From assembly GCA_965248445.1 (NCBI GenBank), contig CBDFJG010000003.1, forward strand, positions 672,001 through 736,000: 64,000 nucleotides of DNA. The letters are read 5' to 3'. The DNA comes from Planctomycetota bacterium (lineage in GTDB: Bacteria; Planctomycetota; JAJSAM01; JAJVHW01). Below are positions 10,385-19,340 of this stretch, in pieces. Position 1 is the first letter of the stretch; each line of letters starts with the position of its first letter. The notes beneath the pieces are model-generated. The model did no database searches and was not told the DNA's origin. It was given only the letters and a program-made list of their open reading frames with translations. The position numbers and the translations under genes are program-made.

Positions 10385-11020
10385 CTAGCGCGGCGGAATC
10401 CAGGTCTGCGTCCGCCGATCGCGCACGCCGAGAGCCACCGGCCGTCCCTCCCGCAGGTCGATGAGGTCTACGCGTGGAACGGGCGGGTGTTCGGGCCCGC
10501 CGTACGGATATCCGTCGATCCCGTGGCGCAGCACCCCGTCGGGTGGCGTGCACAGGTAGGCGCGGAATCCGGAGCGGCCCGGTTCCGACGGCCATGCGAT
10601 CAACAGGAATGTCACCTCCGCGTAGTCCGCGGGAACCGCCGGATCATGGGCGGCCAACGCACGCCGATTGCGATCCGGGAAGAAGAGTGCGAAGTAGTAG
10701 CCGTAGCTCTCGAACACGCCCGGGTGTCCCGGGACGGGATCGAACTGAACGCGCCGTGTCTTGAGTGCGTCGCCGAGTTGCGGGTACTCCGGCCGGCCGT
10801 CGCCATCGCGATCCGGCCCGTCCAGGCGCGCCTCCTCGAGTCGCTCGCGCAGATCCCGCAGGTCCTCGGCGATCGAGTCCTCCCGCGACAGCAGGAAGCG
10901 AACGCGGAGTTGCGGGATGAACGCCATCGAAACAAGGACCAGCAGCGCGAAGACGATCAGACCGTCCGTGAGCGTGAAGCCGTCCGTCCTGGCATGTCCA
11001 CCCACCGCGCTGCGCATCAC
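10385..11020 (-). CDS. Prepilin-like protein with DUF2950-like C-terminal region
   Basis: G|FTLTD plus hydrophobic helix; GYYF...LIAWP..PGRSG; GTGA overlap with upstream gene. Confidence 0.6.
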   Translation of the reverse strand: MMRSAVGGHARTDGFTLTDGLIVFALLVLVSMAFIPQLRVRFLLSREDSIAEDLRDLRERLEEARLDGPDRDGDGRPEYPQLGDALKTRRVQFDPVPGHPGVFESYGYYFALFFPDRNRRALAAHDPAVPADYAEVTFLLIAWPSEPGRSGFRAYLCTPPDGVLRHGIDGYPYGGPEHPPVPRVDLIDLREGRPVALGVRDRRTQTWIPPR

Positions 11021-12561
11021 GAGGTCGCTACGCGATGGCGCGCGCCGTCGGGCGCTTTGAATGCGGCTTCTCTGCCAGGGGCGTACTGCCGCTTGTCGTA
11101 TCCAAACACCTCGTAGAGAGAACGGAACTGGTTCGGGCCGGACGAGATCTCGACGTCGTGCGGCGTGAACTGCCCGGGATGGTGGTAGCCGGCGGCGTGC
11201 GTGATGGCGTCGATCTCATTGCGGAGCGTGACGACGTAGTTGCGGAAACGCCGCGCATTGATCTCGGGGTCCAGGCCGCGCTGCAGCCACCAGCTGTGGG
11301 TCGCAACGCCCGTGGGACAGTGCCCGGTATGGCACTTCTGCGCCTGGATGCAGCCGATTGACATCATCGCCTCCCGCGCGACGGCGATCAGATCGGCGCC
11401 CAGCGCGACGGCGATGATCGCGCGATCGGCGAAACCGAGCTTGCCGGACCCGATCCAGACCACGTCGTCGTCCAGCGCCTGTGCCTGGAAGATCTTGAAG
11501 ACCCGGCTGAACCCGATCTTGTACGGCAGCGACACGTGATCGGAGAACGCGAGCGGGGCCGCACCCGTGCCGCCCTCGCCGCCGTCGATTGCGATGAAGT
11601 CGGGCCCCTGCTTCGTCTCGCGCATCCTCTCCGCGAGTTCGTACCAGAAGCCGAGCTGCCCGATCGCGGACTTGATGCCGACCGGCCGGCCCGTCTTCTC
11701 GGCGATCTCCTCGACGAGCGCGATCAACCCGTCGACGTCTCTGAACGCCGTGTGGTTGTTCGGACTGATGCAGTCTTTTCCGACGGGGATCCCGCGCGTT
11801 CGCCCGATCTCTTCGGTGACCTTTGTCCCGGGCAGCACGCCGCCCTTTCCGGGTTTCGCGCCCTGGGAGATCTTCAGTTCGATCATCCTGATCTGCGGTA
11901 GCTCCTCGCAGAGCTGCACGACCTTCGAGATGTCGAAGTTGCCGTCCGCGTCGCGCGCACCGAAGTACCCGGTGCCGAGCTGGTAGCAGAGGTCACCGCC
12001 GAGGCGATGGTGCGCCGAGACTCCACCCTCTCCCGTGTTGTGGAAGCAGCTCGCGAGCGCGGCGCCCTTGTTCAGGGCCGCGATCGCGTGGGCGCCGAGC
12101 GACCCGAAGCTCATGGCGGAGATGTTCACGATGGACGGCGGCCGGTAGGGCATCGCGCGTCCGTGCGACTCTCCGACGACCTTGGCGCACGGGACCGACT
12201 TCTCCTTGTCGGAGTGGCTGCCGGTGAACGCATCCTCGCCGTGGGCGAACGTCGCCTGCTTGATGATCGGGTAACCCGTGGAGTAGATCTGGTCGTCGGT
12301 CCCGAATCCGAAGTAGTTGTTCGCCAGGTCGGCGGACCGGTAGATCCACTCGCGCTCGCTGCGGTTGAACGGACGCTCCTCGCGGTTGGCCGCCACGATG
12401 TACTGGCGCAGTTCCGGCCCGATCGTGATCAGCCAGAAGCGAATGTGACCGACCACCGGGAAGTTCCGGAGGACCGGATTCCCGCGCTGGAGCACGTCGT
12501 AGAGCGCCACGAGCAGCAGGAACGCGCCGACGACGATCCCGACGACTCCGAGCCACCCCAT
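11017..12561 (-). CDS. FMN-binding glutamate synthase family protein (membrane-anchored, stand-alone)
   Basis: SAMSFGSL, NTGEGG, ELKISQGAKPGKGG, IDGGEGGTGAAP, GCIQAQKCHTGHCPTGVAT; N-terminal TM helix. Confidence 0.92.
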   Translation of the reverse strand: MGWLGVVGIVVGAFLLLVALYDVLQRGNPVLRNFPVVGHIRFWLITIGPELRQYIVAANREERPFNRSEREWIYRSADLANNYFGFGTDDQIYSTGYPIIKQATFAHGEDAFTGSHSDKEKSVPCAKVVGESHGRAMPYRPPSIVNISAMSFGSLGAHAIAALNKGAALASCFHNTGEGGVSAHHRLGGDLCYQLGTGYFGARDADGNFDISKVVQLCEELPQIRMIELKISQGAKPGKGGVLPGTKVTEEIGRTRGIPVGKDCISPNNHTAFRDVDGLIALVEEIAEKTGRPVGIKSAIGQLGFWYELAERMRETKQGPDFIAIDGGEGGTGAAPLAFSDHVSLPYKIGFSRVFKIFQAQALDDDVVWIGSGKLGFADRAIIAVALGADLIAVAREAMMSIGCIQAQKCHTGHCPTGVATHSWWLQRGLDPEINARRFRNYVVTLRNEIDAITHAAGYHHPGQFTPHDVEISSGPNQFRSLYEVFGYDKRQYAPGREAAFKAPDGARHRVATS

Positions 12562-12713
12562 GCAGGCCTCCTGCGGCCGCCTGCGACCGCCGGGGCAAGG
12601 TACACGTCGCCGCCTGCAATCGGCGAGAAGGCGGTCGCCGCCAACGGCCCTCTCCAGCCCGCCATCCAACCCGTCCGGCAACCCAAGCGGGCAGCCGCGG
12701 CTACGATGGCCCC

Positions 12714-13838
12714 GTGCTGCGCGGGTTGGTACTGCTGTCGCTCTCCTTGTCGGTCGTGTGTGGACTCACGTCCGCGCGCGCCGGCGATCCGCCCGATGGC
12801 GGGGAAGCGGTAGCGCCGGGCGGCACGCCGTTCACGAAGCCGACCCAGGCCGCGGTCGACGACTCCGTCAAGCGCGGTGTCGCGTGGCTGCGCGACGAGC
12901 AGCGGAGGGACGGTCGGTTCGGCACGGGGACCGGTGAGACGGCTCTGGCTCTCCTGGCGCTGCGCCACTCCGGCGTTCCGGCCGAGGACAAGACGTGCCG
13001 CAGGGCGGCGCGCTTCCTCGTACGGAAACTGCCGGACGGCAGGGTCTACGGTGCCGCGCTCGGGGTGCTGGCACTGCTCGCGCAGGACGAACCGGGGCAC
13101 CGCATCATCGCGGAGAAGCTCGTCGCAGACCTCGTCACAGCGCAGTGCAAGAACGGTCAATGGGACTACACCTACCGCGCTCGGAAGGTGAAGCGCGACG
13201 GCGACAACAGCAACACCCAGTTCGCTCTGCTAGCCCTGGCGGCGGCCCGGGCGCAGGGCATCGAGGTCCCGCCGGAGCCGTTCGCGCGGGCGCGGGAGTT
13301 CCTGCGCAAGTCGCAGAACGAGGACGGCGGGTTCGGATACTCAGACCGTGAACGGTCGAGGTCGTACGCGGCAATGACCGCCGGCGCCGCGATGTGCCTG
13401 GCGTTCTGCGTGGCGGTCGACAAGGACGAACCCGCCGGTCTGCCGGGCCACGCCGAGGACGCCGAGGTGCGTCGCGCACTCGCGTGGCTCGCCAAGAACT
13501 TCGATCCGGAGAACAACACAGGGATCACGCGCGCGTTCGGCAACGCAGCTGGGCGGCGTAGCGACGCCTCCTGGCGACACTATTGGCTCTGGTCCCTCGA
13601 GCGGGCGGCGGCCGCCGCCTCCGTGGATCGGTTGGGCGATCACGACTGGTACGCCCGTGGTGCGCGGGTCCTTCTGGACCGGCAGCGGGACGACGACTCG
13701 TGGCGGGACCCCGAACGGGGCATCCTCGCGACGTCCTTCGCACTGCTCTTCTTCCGGCGGAGCACCCGGATCGCCATCACGCCCCGCGGCGGGGCCGCCC
13801 CTGCGATCACGCCCAGCAGTCGCGACGCTAGCAAGTAG
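12714..13838 (+). CDS. Secreted prenyltransferase/squalene-cyclase-repeat protein
   Basis: Signal peptide; QW-like repeats QRRDGRF, QCKNGQW, QNEDGGFGY; DNSNTQFALLAL; YWLWSLER. Confidence 0.82.
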   Translation: MLRGLVLLSLSLSVVCGLTSARAGDPPDGGEAVAPGGTPFTKPTQAAVDDSVKRGVAWLRDEQRRDGRFGTGTGETALALLALRHSGVPAEDKTCRRAARFLVRKLPDGRVYGAALGVLALLAQDEPGHRIIAEKLVADLVTAQCKNGQWDYTYRARKVKRDGDNSNTQFALLALAAARAQGIEVPPEPFARAREFLRKSQNEDGGFGYSDRERSRSYAAMTAGAAMCLAFCVAVDKDEPAGLPGHAEDAEVRRALAWLAKNFDPENNTGITRAFGNAAGRRSDASWRHYWLWSLERAAAAASVDRLGDHDWYARGARVLLDRQRDDDSWRDPERGILATSFALLFFRRSTRIAITPRGGAAPAITPSSRDASK

Positions 13839-13851
13839 CATCGCTGCCGCC

Positions 13852-15195
13852 ATGGAGACCACGCACGCCGAACGGCGTTCGACTGCCCTGGCCGTCCTCA
13901 AGCGGCTGCGCGAGGCGGGACACGAGTCCTACCTCGTGGGTGGATGCGTACGCGACGAACTGCTCGGGCGGGAGCCCGCGGAGTACGACGTCGCCACGTC
14001 AGCCGTTCCGGATGAGGTCGAGGAGCTCTTCGAGCGCACGGTCGCCGTTGGCAAGCAGTTCGGTGTCATGATCGCGCTGCTCGACCACGTGCCGACCGAG
14101 GTCGCGACCTTCCGCACCGAGGGCGGGTATCAGGACGGCCGGCGGCCGACGCACGTGGAGTTCGCGTCGGCGCGCGAGGACGCATCGCGCCGCGACTTCA
14201 CCGTGAACGGCCTGTTCCTGGATCCGGACAGCGGCGAGATCCTCGACTTCGTGGGGGGGCGGGCAGATCTGGACGCCCGTGTGCTGCGTGCGATCGGCGA
14301 TGCGGAGGAGCGGTTCGCGGACGACAAGCTCCGCCTGCTGCGCGCGGTGCGCTTCGCGTCGACGATTCCGCTCGAGATCGAACCCGCCACGTGGCGCGCC
14401 GTGAAGCTGCACGCATCCGACATCACGCAGGTGGCTTGGGAACGCATCCGGCAGGAACTCAGCCGCATCTTGGTCTCCGGCCGCGCGGAGCACGGTTTCG
14501 ACATGCTCCACCGCTCCGGCCTGCTGGCTGCGGTGTTGCCCGAGATGGCGGCGACGGAAGGAGTCGAGCAGCCCCCGGAGTTCCATCCGGAGGGCGATGT
14601 ATGGGTTCACACCCTCTTGGCGCTGCAGCACGTGGACGCGCTCGCGGAGCGGCCCCTCCAACTGGCGCTCGCAGCTCTGCTCCACGACGTGGGCAAGCCG
14701 CCGACGTTCGTGGTCGCGGAACGCATCCGTTTCGACGGGCACGACCGTGTCGGCGCCGACATGGCGCGGGAGATCCTGCTGCGGCTGCGCTACCCCACCG
14801 CCACGATCGACGAGGTCGTCGAACTCGTGCGCCGGCACATGGCATTCGTGCAGATCCGCGAGTGGCGGGTGGCAAAGCTGCGGCGGTTCCTGACTGGCGA
14901 ACTCGCCGGGCGACATCTGGCCCTGCACCGTGTGGACTGCCTGGCTGCGCACGGGGATCTCGGCACGTACGACTGGTGCAATGACCGTCGGGCTGAGTTC
15001 CTGGCGGAGCCGCCTCCTCCGGTGAAGCTCCTCTCCGGACACGACCTGCTGACCGCCGGCTACGCCAAGGGGCCCGCAATTGGCAGGGTGCTTGCGGCGG
15101 TGGACGACGAGAGTCTCGAGGGTCGTGTGACCTCGCAAGAGGAGGCTCTGGCCTGGGCACTCGAGCATCTGCCACCGCCGGAGGGACAGCCGTGA
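13852..15195 (+). CDS. cca: CCA tRNA nucleotidyltransferase with HD domain
   Basis: VGGCVRD, DVAT, EVATFR, EDASRRDFTVN, DKLRLLRAVRF, HPEGDVWVHT, LLHDVGKP. Confidence 0.88.
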   Translation: METTHAERRSTALAVLKRLREAGHESYLVGGCVRDELLGREPAEYDVATSAVPDEVEELFERTVAVGKQFGVMIALLDHVPTEVATFRTEGGYQDGRRPTHVEFASAREDASRRDFTVNGLFLDPDSGEILDFVGGRADLDARVLRAIGDAEERFADDKLRLLRAVRFASTIPLEIEPATWRAVKLHASDITQVAWERIRQELSRILVSGRAEHGFDMLHRSGLLAAVLPEMAATEGVEQPPEFHPEGDVWVHTLLALQHVDALAERPLQLALAALLHDVGKPPTFVVAERIRFDGHDRVGADMAREILLRLRYPTATIDEVVELVRRHMAFVQIREWRVAKLRRFLTGELAGRHLALHRVDCLAAHGDLGTYDWCNDRRAEFLAEPPPPVKLLSGHDLLTAGYAKGPAIGRVLAAVDDESLEGRVTSQEEALAWALEHLPPPEGQP

Positions 15196-17216
15196 GAACG
15201 ATCGCGATCCGCGCGCTGCTGCTCTCTTCTGCGCTGATGGTGTGTGCGCCGGATGTCCGCGCGCAAGAGCCGCCGCCGGTGATCCGCGCGCTCGACGACG
15301 CGACCGCCGAGGGTCTCGAGGCTGCAATCGCGGCCCTGCGGGCGCACCCTGAACGGGACGCGCTCGTCGCCTCCACGGTGCGGGACGTCGAAGCTCTCTC
15401 GGCGCTGTCGGAGCAGGCCCGTCTCGCGCTACTCGACATCGTCGAGAAGGACGACGTCCCGTACGCGAACTCCGGTCTGCGCGATCTCGTGCGCGGCGAC
15501 GGGTTCTCCCTCCCGGTGCGGCAGCGGGCAGCGCAGGTGCTCGGCGTGCGCGGCACACTTGCTGACGTCAGCGCACTCGGCGCAGCCGTCTCCGATCTGC
15601 CCGAGGCCGCGTCCCGCGCGCTCGTGTCGATCGGCGGCCGCTCCGCTGAGTCGGCTCTTCGCAAGAGCGCGGGCGAGAGCCCACCGCTCGCCGTGCGCGG
15701 CGCGCTCGTACGGATCGGGGATCGCGATCAGTTGCGAACGCTCGTCGACTTCATCGGCGATGCCGACTCGCGCGAGGAGGCTGTGCGGCAACTGCGCTGG
15801 GCCACCGGACGCGATCTTCCACCAGAGGAACCGGCGTGGCGCGCGTATGCGCGGCGACTCGCGCTAGCCGACGAACTCGGCCACGACGACCCGGAGAGAT
15901 CGCGGAGCGCGGCGAGCGGACTCGCACCAGTCCTGCGCTCGCGGACGAGCGCCAACCTCGAGGACGATCTGATCGCGCTCGCGGGCGAGGAGCACTGGCC
16001 GCTGTTCGCACGAGACAAGTCCGCGCTGGTCCTCGGCCTCGGCAGATCCACGAAGGCGCAACCGACGCTGCTCGCGCTCTGCAAGAGGCGGGACGACACC
16101 GATCACGGGTCCCTCCGCCTCTACTCCGCGGAGGCTCTGGCACGCGTGGGCGACCTGTCCTCCGCGGTCCCGCTGGCGGCGATCCTGGTGCACGACGAGG
16201 ACAAGGACCGCATCAAGGCGCGGCGGGGAAAGCAAGGCGAGTACTTCCCAGTAGATCCCGGGATCGTGCGCGCCCTCACCCGTATGGGTTGCCCCGGCGC
16301 CGTGCAATCGCTCGTCGATCTACTCGCCGGCGACTTCCGCACCCGCATGCACCGCGACGCGTTGCGCGCGCTGCGCGAGGTGACCGGTGGTGACGACTTC
16401 GGCTTCGAGCCGGACTCGTCCAAGCCGAGCCGCGTGGCGGGCCACGCACGCATAGCGCAGTGGTGGCAGGATCGCCGCGCCACGCTGGAACTCGCGCCGT
16501 CCCCGGACGACGCAGGATGGGAGACGTTCCGGGAGCACGTCGCCGCCGAGATCGAGAAGCTGAGCCAGTTCAAGTTCCTGTACCAGAAGCGCGCGAAGCT
16601 GACGCTCACGATCGTCGCAGAGCCGGCGCTGCCACAGTTGGTGGACGCTCTCTCGCACGACGTATTGCACGTGCGCATGGGCGCCGCGGAGGTGCTCGCA
16701 CTGGCGGCGATCCCGGCCGCCGCCGAGCCGCTCGCCGCGTGTCTCTCCAAGGAAGAGAAGTCTCCCGCGCGGACGAAGCTCCTTCGCGGAATCGCGCGAT
16801 GCGCGCGCCCGCGACCCGGTGTGCCCACGGCATCGAAGTCCGTGCAGGCCGCGGTGCGCCGGGCGCTCGACGACCGCGTGCTCGACGTCCGCATCGAGGC
16901 GGTGATCGCGCTGCGCGTGGTGGGGGACGAGTCGGACAGCGCCCGCATCGCCACAGCTGCAGAGAGACCGGAGAACGACGTACCCGCGTTCCGGACCGGG
17001 GCCGCGGCGACACGGCTGCTGCTCGGGGACGTGAGCGGTCTGCTGCACCTGCTGGCCGAGATGCGTTCGGGCGACGTGCTGCGCCGCACGGAGGCGGCTG
17101 CGGTCCTCACCGCCGCCGGGATCGACCTGCAGGGATACGACCCGGACGCGACGGAAGCCGCCCGCGAGAAGGCACTTCGCGAGATCGAACGCGTATTGGA
17201 GGGGGAACGGCAGTGA
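15192..17216 (+). CDS. Secreted HEAT-repeat protein
   Basis: Signal peptide; repeated VRxxAAxxL helical units; GTGA coupling to cca. Confidence 0.75.
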   Translation: MRTIAIRALLLSSALMVCAPDVRAQEPPPVIRALDDATAEGLEAAIAALRAHPERDALVASTVRDVEALSALSEQARLALLDIVEKDDVPYANSGLRDLVRGDGFSLPVRQRAAQVLGVRGTLADVSALGAAVSDLPEAASRALVSIGGRSAESALRKSAGESPPLAVRGALVRIGDRDQLRTLVDFIGDADSREEAVRQLRWATGRDLPPEEPAWRAYARRLALADELGHDDPERSRSAASGLAPVLRSRTSANLEDDLIALAGEEHWPLFARDKSALVLGLGRSTKAQPTLLALCKRRDDTDHGSLRLYSAEALARVGDLSSAVPLAAILVHDEDKDRIKARRGKQGEYFPVDPGIVRALTRMGCPGAVQSLVDLLAGDFRTRMHRDALRALREVTGGDDFGFEPDSSKPSRVAGHARIAQWWQDRRATLELAPSPDDAGWETFREHVAAEIEKLSQFKFLYQKRAKLTLTIVAEPALPQLVDALSHDVLHVRMGAAEVLALAAIPAAAEPLAACLSKEEKSPARTKLLRGIARCARPRPGVPTASKSVQAAVRRALDDRVLDVRIEAVIALRVVGDESDSARIATAAERPENDVPAFRTGAAATRLLLGDVSGLLHLLAEMRSGDVLRRTEAAAVLTAAGIDLQGYDPDATEAAREKALREIERVLEGERQ

Positions 17217-17259
17217 GTTACCCCGCGGTCCCGGCCGGTTACGCGAAGGCCACCTGCTC

Positions 17260-18309
17260 GTGAGCGAACCCGCCCTCCGGCTCGCGGAAGTCTCTGCTGG
17301 GTACGGCGGTCCGCCGGTCCTGCACGATGTCGACCTCACCGTGCCCCCCGGCGGGAGCGTGGCGGTGCTCGGTCCGTCCGGGTGCGGCAAGTCCACCCTG
17401 CTTCGCGCCGTGGCCGGTCTGACCCCGCCGAGCAGCGGCACGATCGAGATCGCCGGCCGGAAGGTCGATGGGCCGTCGGTGCACGTCCCGCCCGAGAGCA
17501 GGGGCGCGGCCCTCGTGTTCCAGGATCTGGCACTGTGGCCGCACCTGACCGTGGCCGGGAATCTGTCGCTCGTCCTGGAGGCTCGCGGCGTCGCCGCCGC
17601 CTCACGGCCGGGGTTCGCGCTCACCCTCGCAGCCGACGTCGGGCTGCCCGCGCCCCTGCTTGAGCGCCGCCCGGGCGAACTCTCAGGCGGAGAGCGTCAG
17701 CGGGCGGCACTGGCTCGCGCGTTGGCACAGGACCCGCGCGTGCTGCTCCTGGACGAACCGTTGACCGGTCTCGACCGGCACCTGCGCAGGCACCTGCTCT
17801 CGACTCTGACCAAGCTGCGCGAGGAGAAGCAGATCGCCACCCTTCTCGTCACACACGACCACACCGAGGCGTTCGCGCTGGCCGAGCGGGTGGTGGTCCT
17901 GTCTGGCGGACGGGTGGCTCAGGAGGGCACCCCAGCCGAGGTCCACGACCGGCCGGCTTCGCGGTTCGTGGCCGAGTTCGTGGGCACCGCGAGCGTCCTG
18001 GCCGCGGAGCGCACGGGGGGCCGCGTGAGCACGGCTCTCGGGACGTTCGACGCCGATGGGGCTCCAGGCGGCCCCCTTGTTGCGGTGTTCCGCCCGGGCG
18101 GTCTGCGTCTCGCCGCCGAGGGGACGGCAGGACGCGTGACGGGCTGTACGTACCGCGGAGGAGACTGGATGGCGGAGGTCAAGCTGGGTGTCGACGGACC
18201 GGAGGTGCTTGTGACCACACGCGAGGTCGTCGCTGCGGGCACGCCGGTGTGTGTCGTCGCCGACCCGCCGGGACTGGTCCCGTCCGCCAACAGTGGAGGA
18301 GTCGCATGA
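17260..18309 (+). CDS. ABC transporter ATP-binding protein (FbpC/PotA-like, TOBE tail)
   Basis: Walker A GPSGCGKST, signature LSGGERQR, Walker B LLLDEP, H-loop VTHD. Confidence 0.92.
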   Translation: MSEPALRLAEVSAGYGGPPVLHDVDLTVPPGGSVAVLGPSGCGKSTLLRAVAGLTPPSSGTIEIAGRKVDGPSVHVPPESRGAALVFQDLALWPHLTVAGNLSLVLEARGVAAASRPGFALTLAADVGLPAPLLERRPGELSGGERQRAALARALAQDPRVLLLDEPLTGLDRHLRRHLLSTLTKLREEKQIATLLVTHDHTEAFALAERVVVLSGGRVAQEGTPAEVHDRPASRFVAEFVGTASVLAAERTGGRVSTALGTFDADGAPGGPLVAVFRPGGLRLAAEGTAGRVTGCTYRGGDWMAEVKLGVDGPEVLVTTREVVAAGTPVCVVADPPGLVPSANSGGVA

Positions 18310-19340
18310 GGCGTGTGCTCGCTCTGCTCGCAGTCGTGGCCGTCATCGCAGGCCTCGTGTGGTTCCTCGGTGGCGATGGCGCGGATCCGCCGCCGATCGA
18401 CGACGGCGGCGGGAACGGCGAGATCGGCGTAATCCCGCCGGGACCGCGCGCCGTACCCTTCCGTAACGCGAAGGAGTGCCAGGTCTGCCACGCCGACGTC
18501 TACGCCGAGTGGGAGAAGAGCTACCACGGCATGGCGTGGACCGACCCGATGGTCCAGGCACTCTCGAACGGGTTCCGCGACACCGAGTGCATCGACTGTC
18601 ACGCCCCACAACCGATCCACCTGACCGGCGTCGACCAGCGTGTCGCGCCGCGCCAGCACGCGCGTCAGGACGGCGTCGACTGTCTGACCTGCCACATTCT
18701 GGACGACGGCATCTCCGTCGCCGCGTCGCGCTCCGTCGACACCACGGGCACCGACGGGGCGTGCCGGCCGGTCGAGACGAAGGACATGTCCACGTCCATG
18801 GTCTGCGCGGGGTGCCACAACCAGCACGAGACGGTGGACGAGTTGCGGGCGTCGAGCCTCCTCGCTGAATGCCAGTCGTGTCACATGGAAGAGGTCGATC
18901 GCGCGGACGGACGCGTCGGCAACAGCCATGTGTTCCCAGGCGCTCACGAACCGGCGATGCACAAGCGCGGGCTCACGCTTGCTGTGCGCCTCGAAGGACG
19001 CATGCTCATGGCGGACGTCTCGAACGTGGGTGCCGGACACAAGGTCCCGACGGACGCGCGGCACCGTTCGTACAACGTGTGGGTAACGCTGACCGATCAG
19101 CGCGGCAATGTGCGGCAACGCAGCGTGCAGATGGAGGACGGCGAGTTCCGCCTCTACTACCGCGACGACTTCAAGCCGAGCACGCAGATCGCGCAGGGCG
19201 ACAGCCGCACGGCCAAGTGGCAACTGCCTGAGGGCTTCCGCGGATCCGCCCACGTGCGGCTCACGTACGCACTGAACCCCGAGGAACTCCGCTTCGGGAA
19301 CGTCACGGACGTCCACGAGTCGACGGTGGAGATCGAGTGA
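18306..19340 (+). CDS. Membrane-anchored pentaheme c-type cytochrome
   Basis: Five CxxCH motifs (CQVCH, CIDCH, CLTCH, CAGCH, CQSCH); N-terminal TM; C-terminal NVGAGHKVPT domain; ATGA overlap. Confidence 0.88.
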   Translation: MRRVLALLAVVAVIAGLVWFLGGDGADPPPIDDGGGNGEIGVIPPGPRAVPFRNAKECQVCHADVYAEWEKSYHGMAWTDPMVQALSNGFRDTECIDCHAPQPIHLTGVDQRVAPRQHARQDGVDCLTCHILDDGISVAASRSVDTTGTDGACRPVETKDMSTSMVCAGCHNQHETVDELRASSLLAECQSCHMEEVDRADGRVGNSHVFPGAHEPAMHKRGLTLAVRLEGRMLMADVSNVGAGHKVPTDARHRSYNVWVTLTDQRGNVRQRSVQMEDGEFRLYYRDDFKPSTQIAQGDSRTAKWQLPEGFRGSAHVRLTYALNPEELRFGNVTDVHESTVEIE

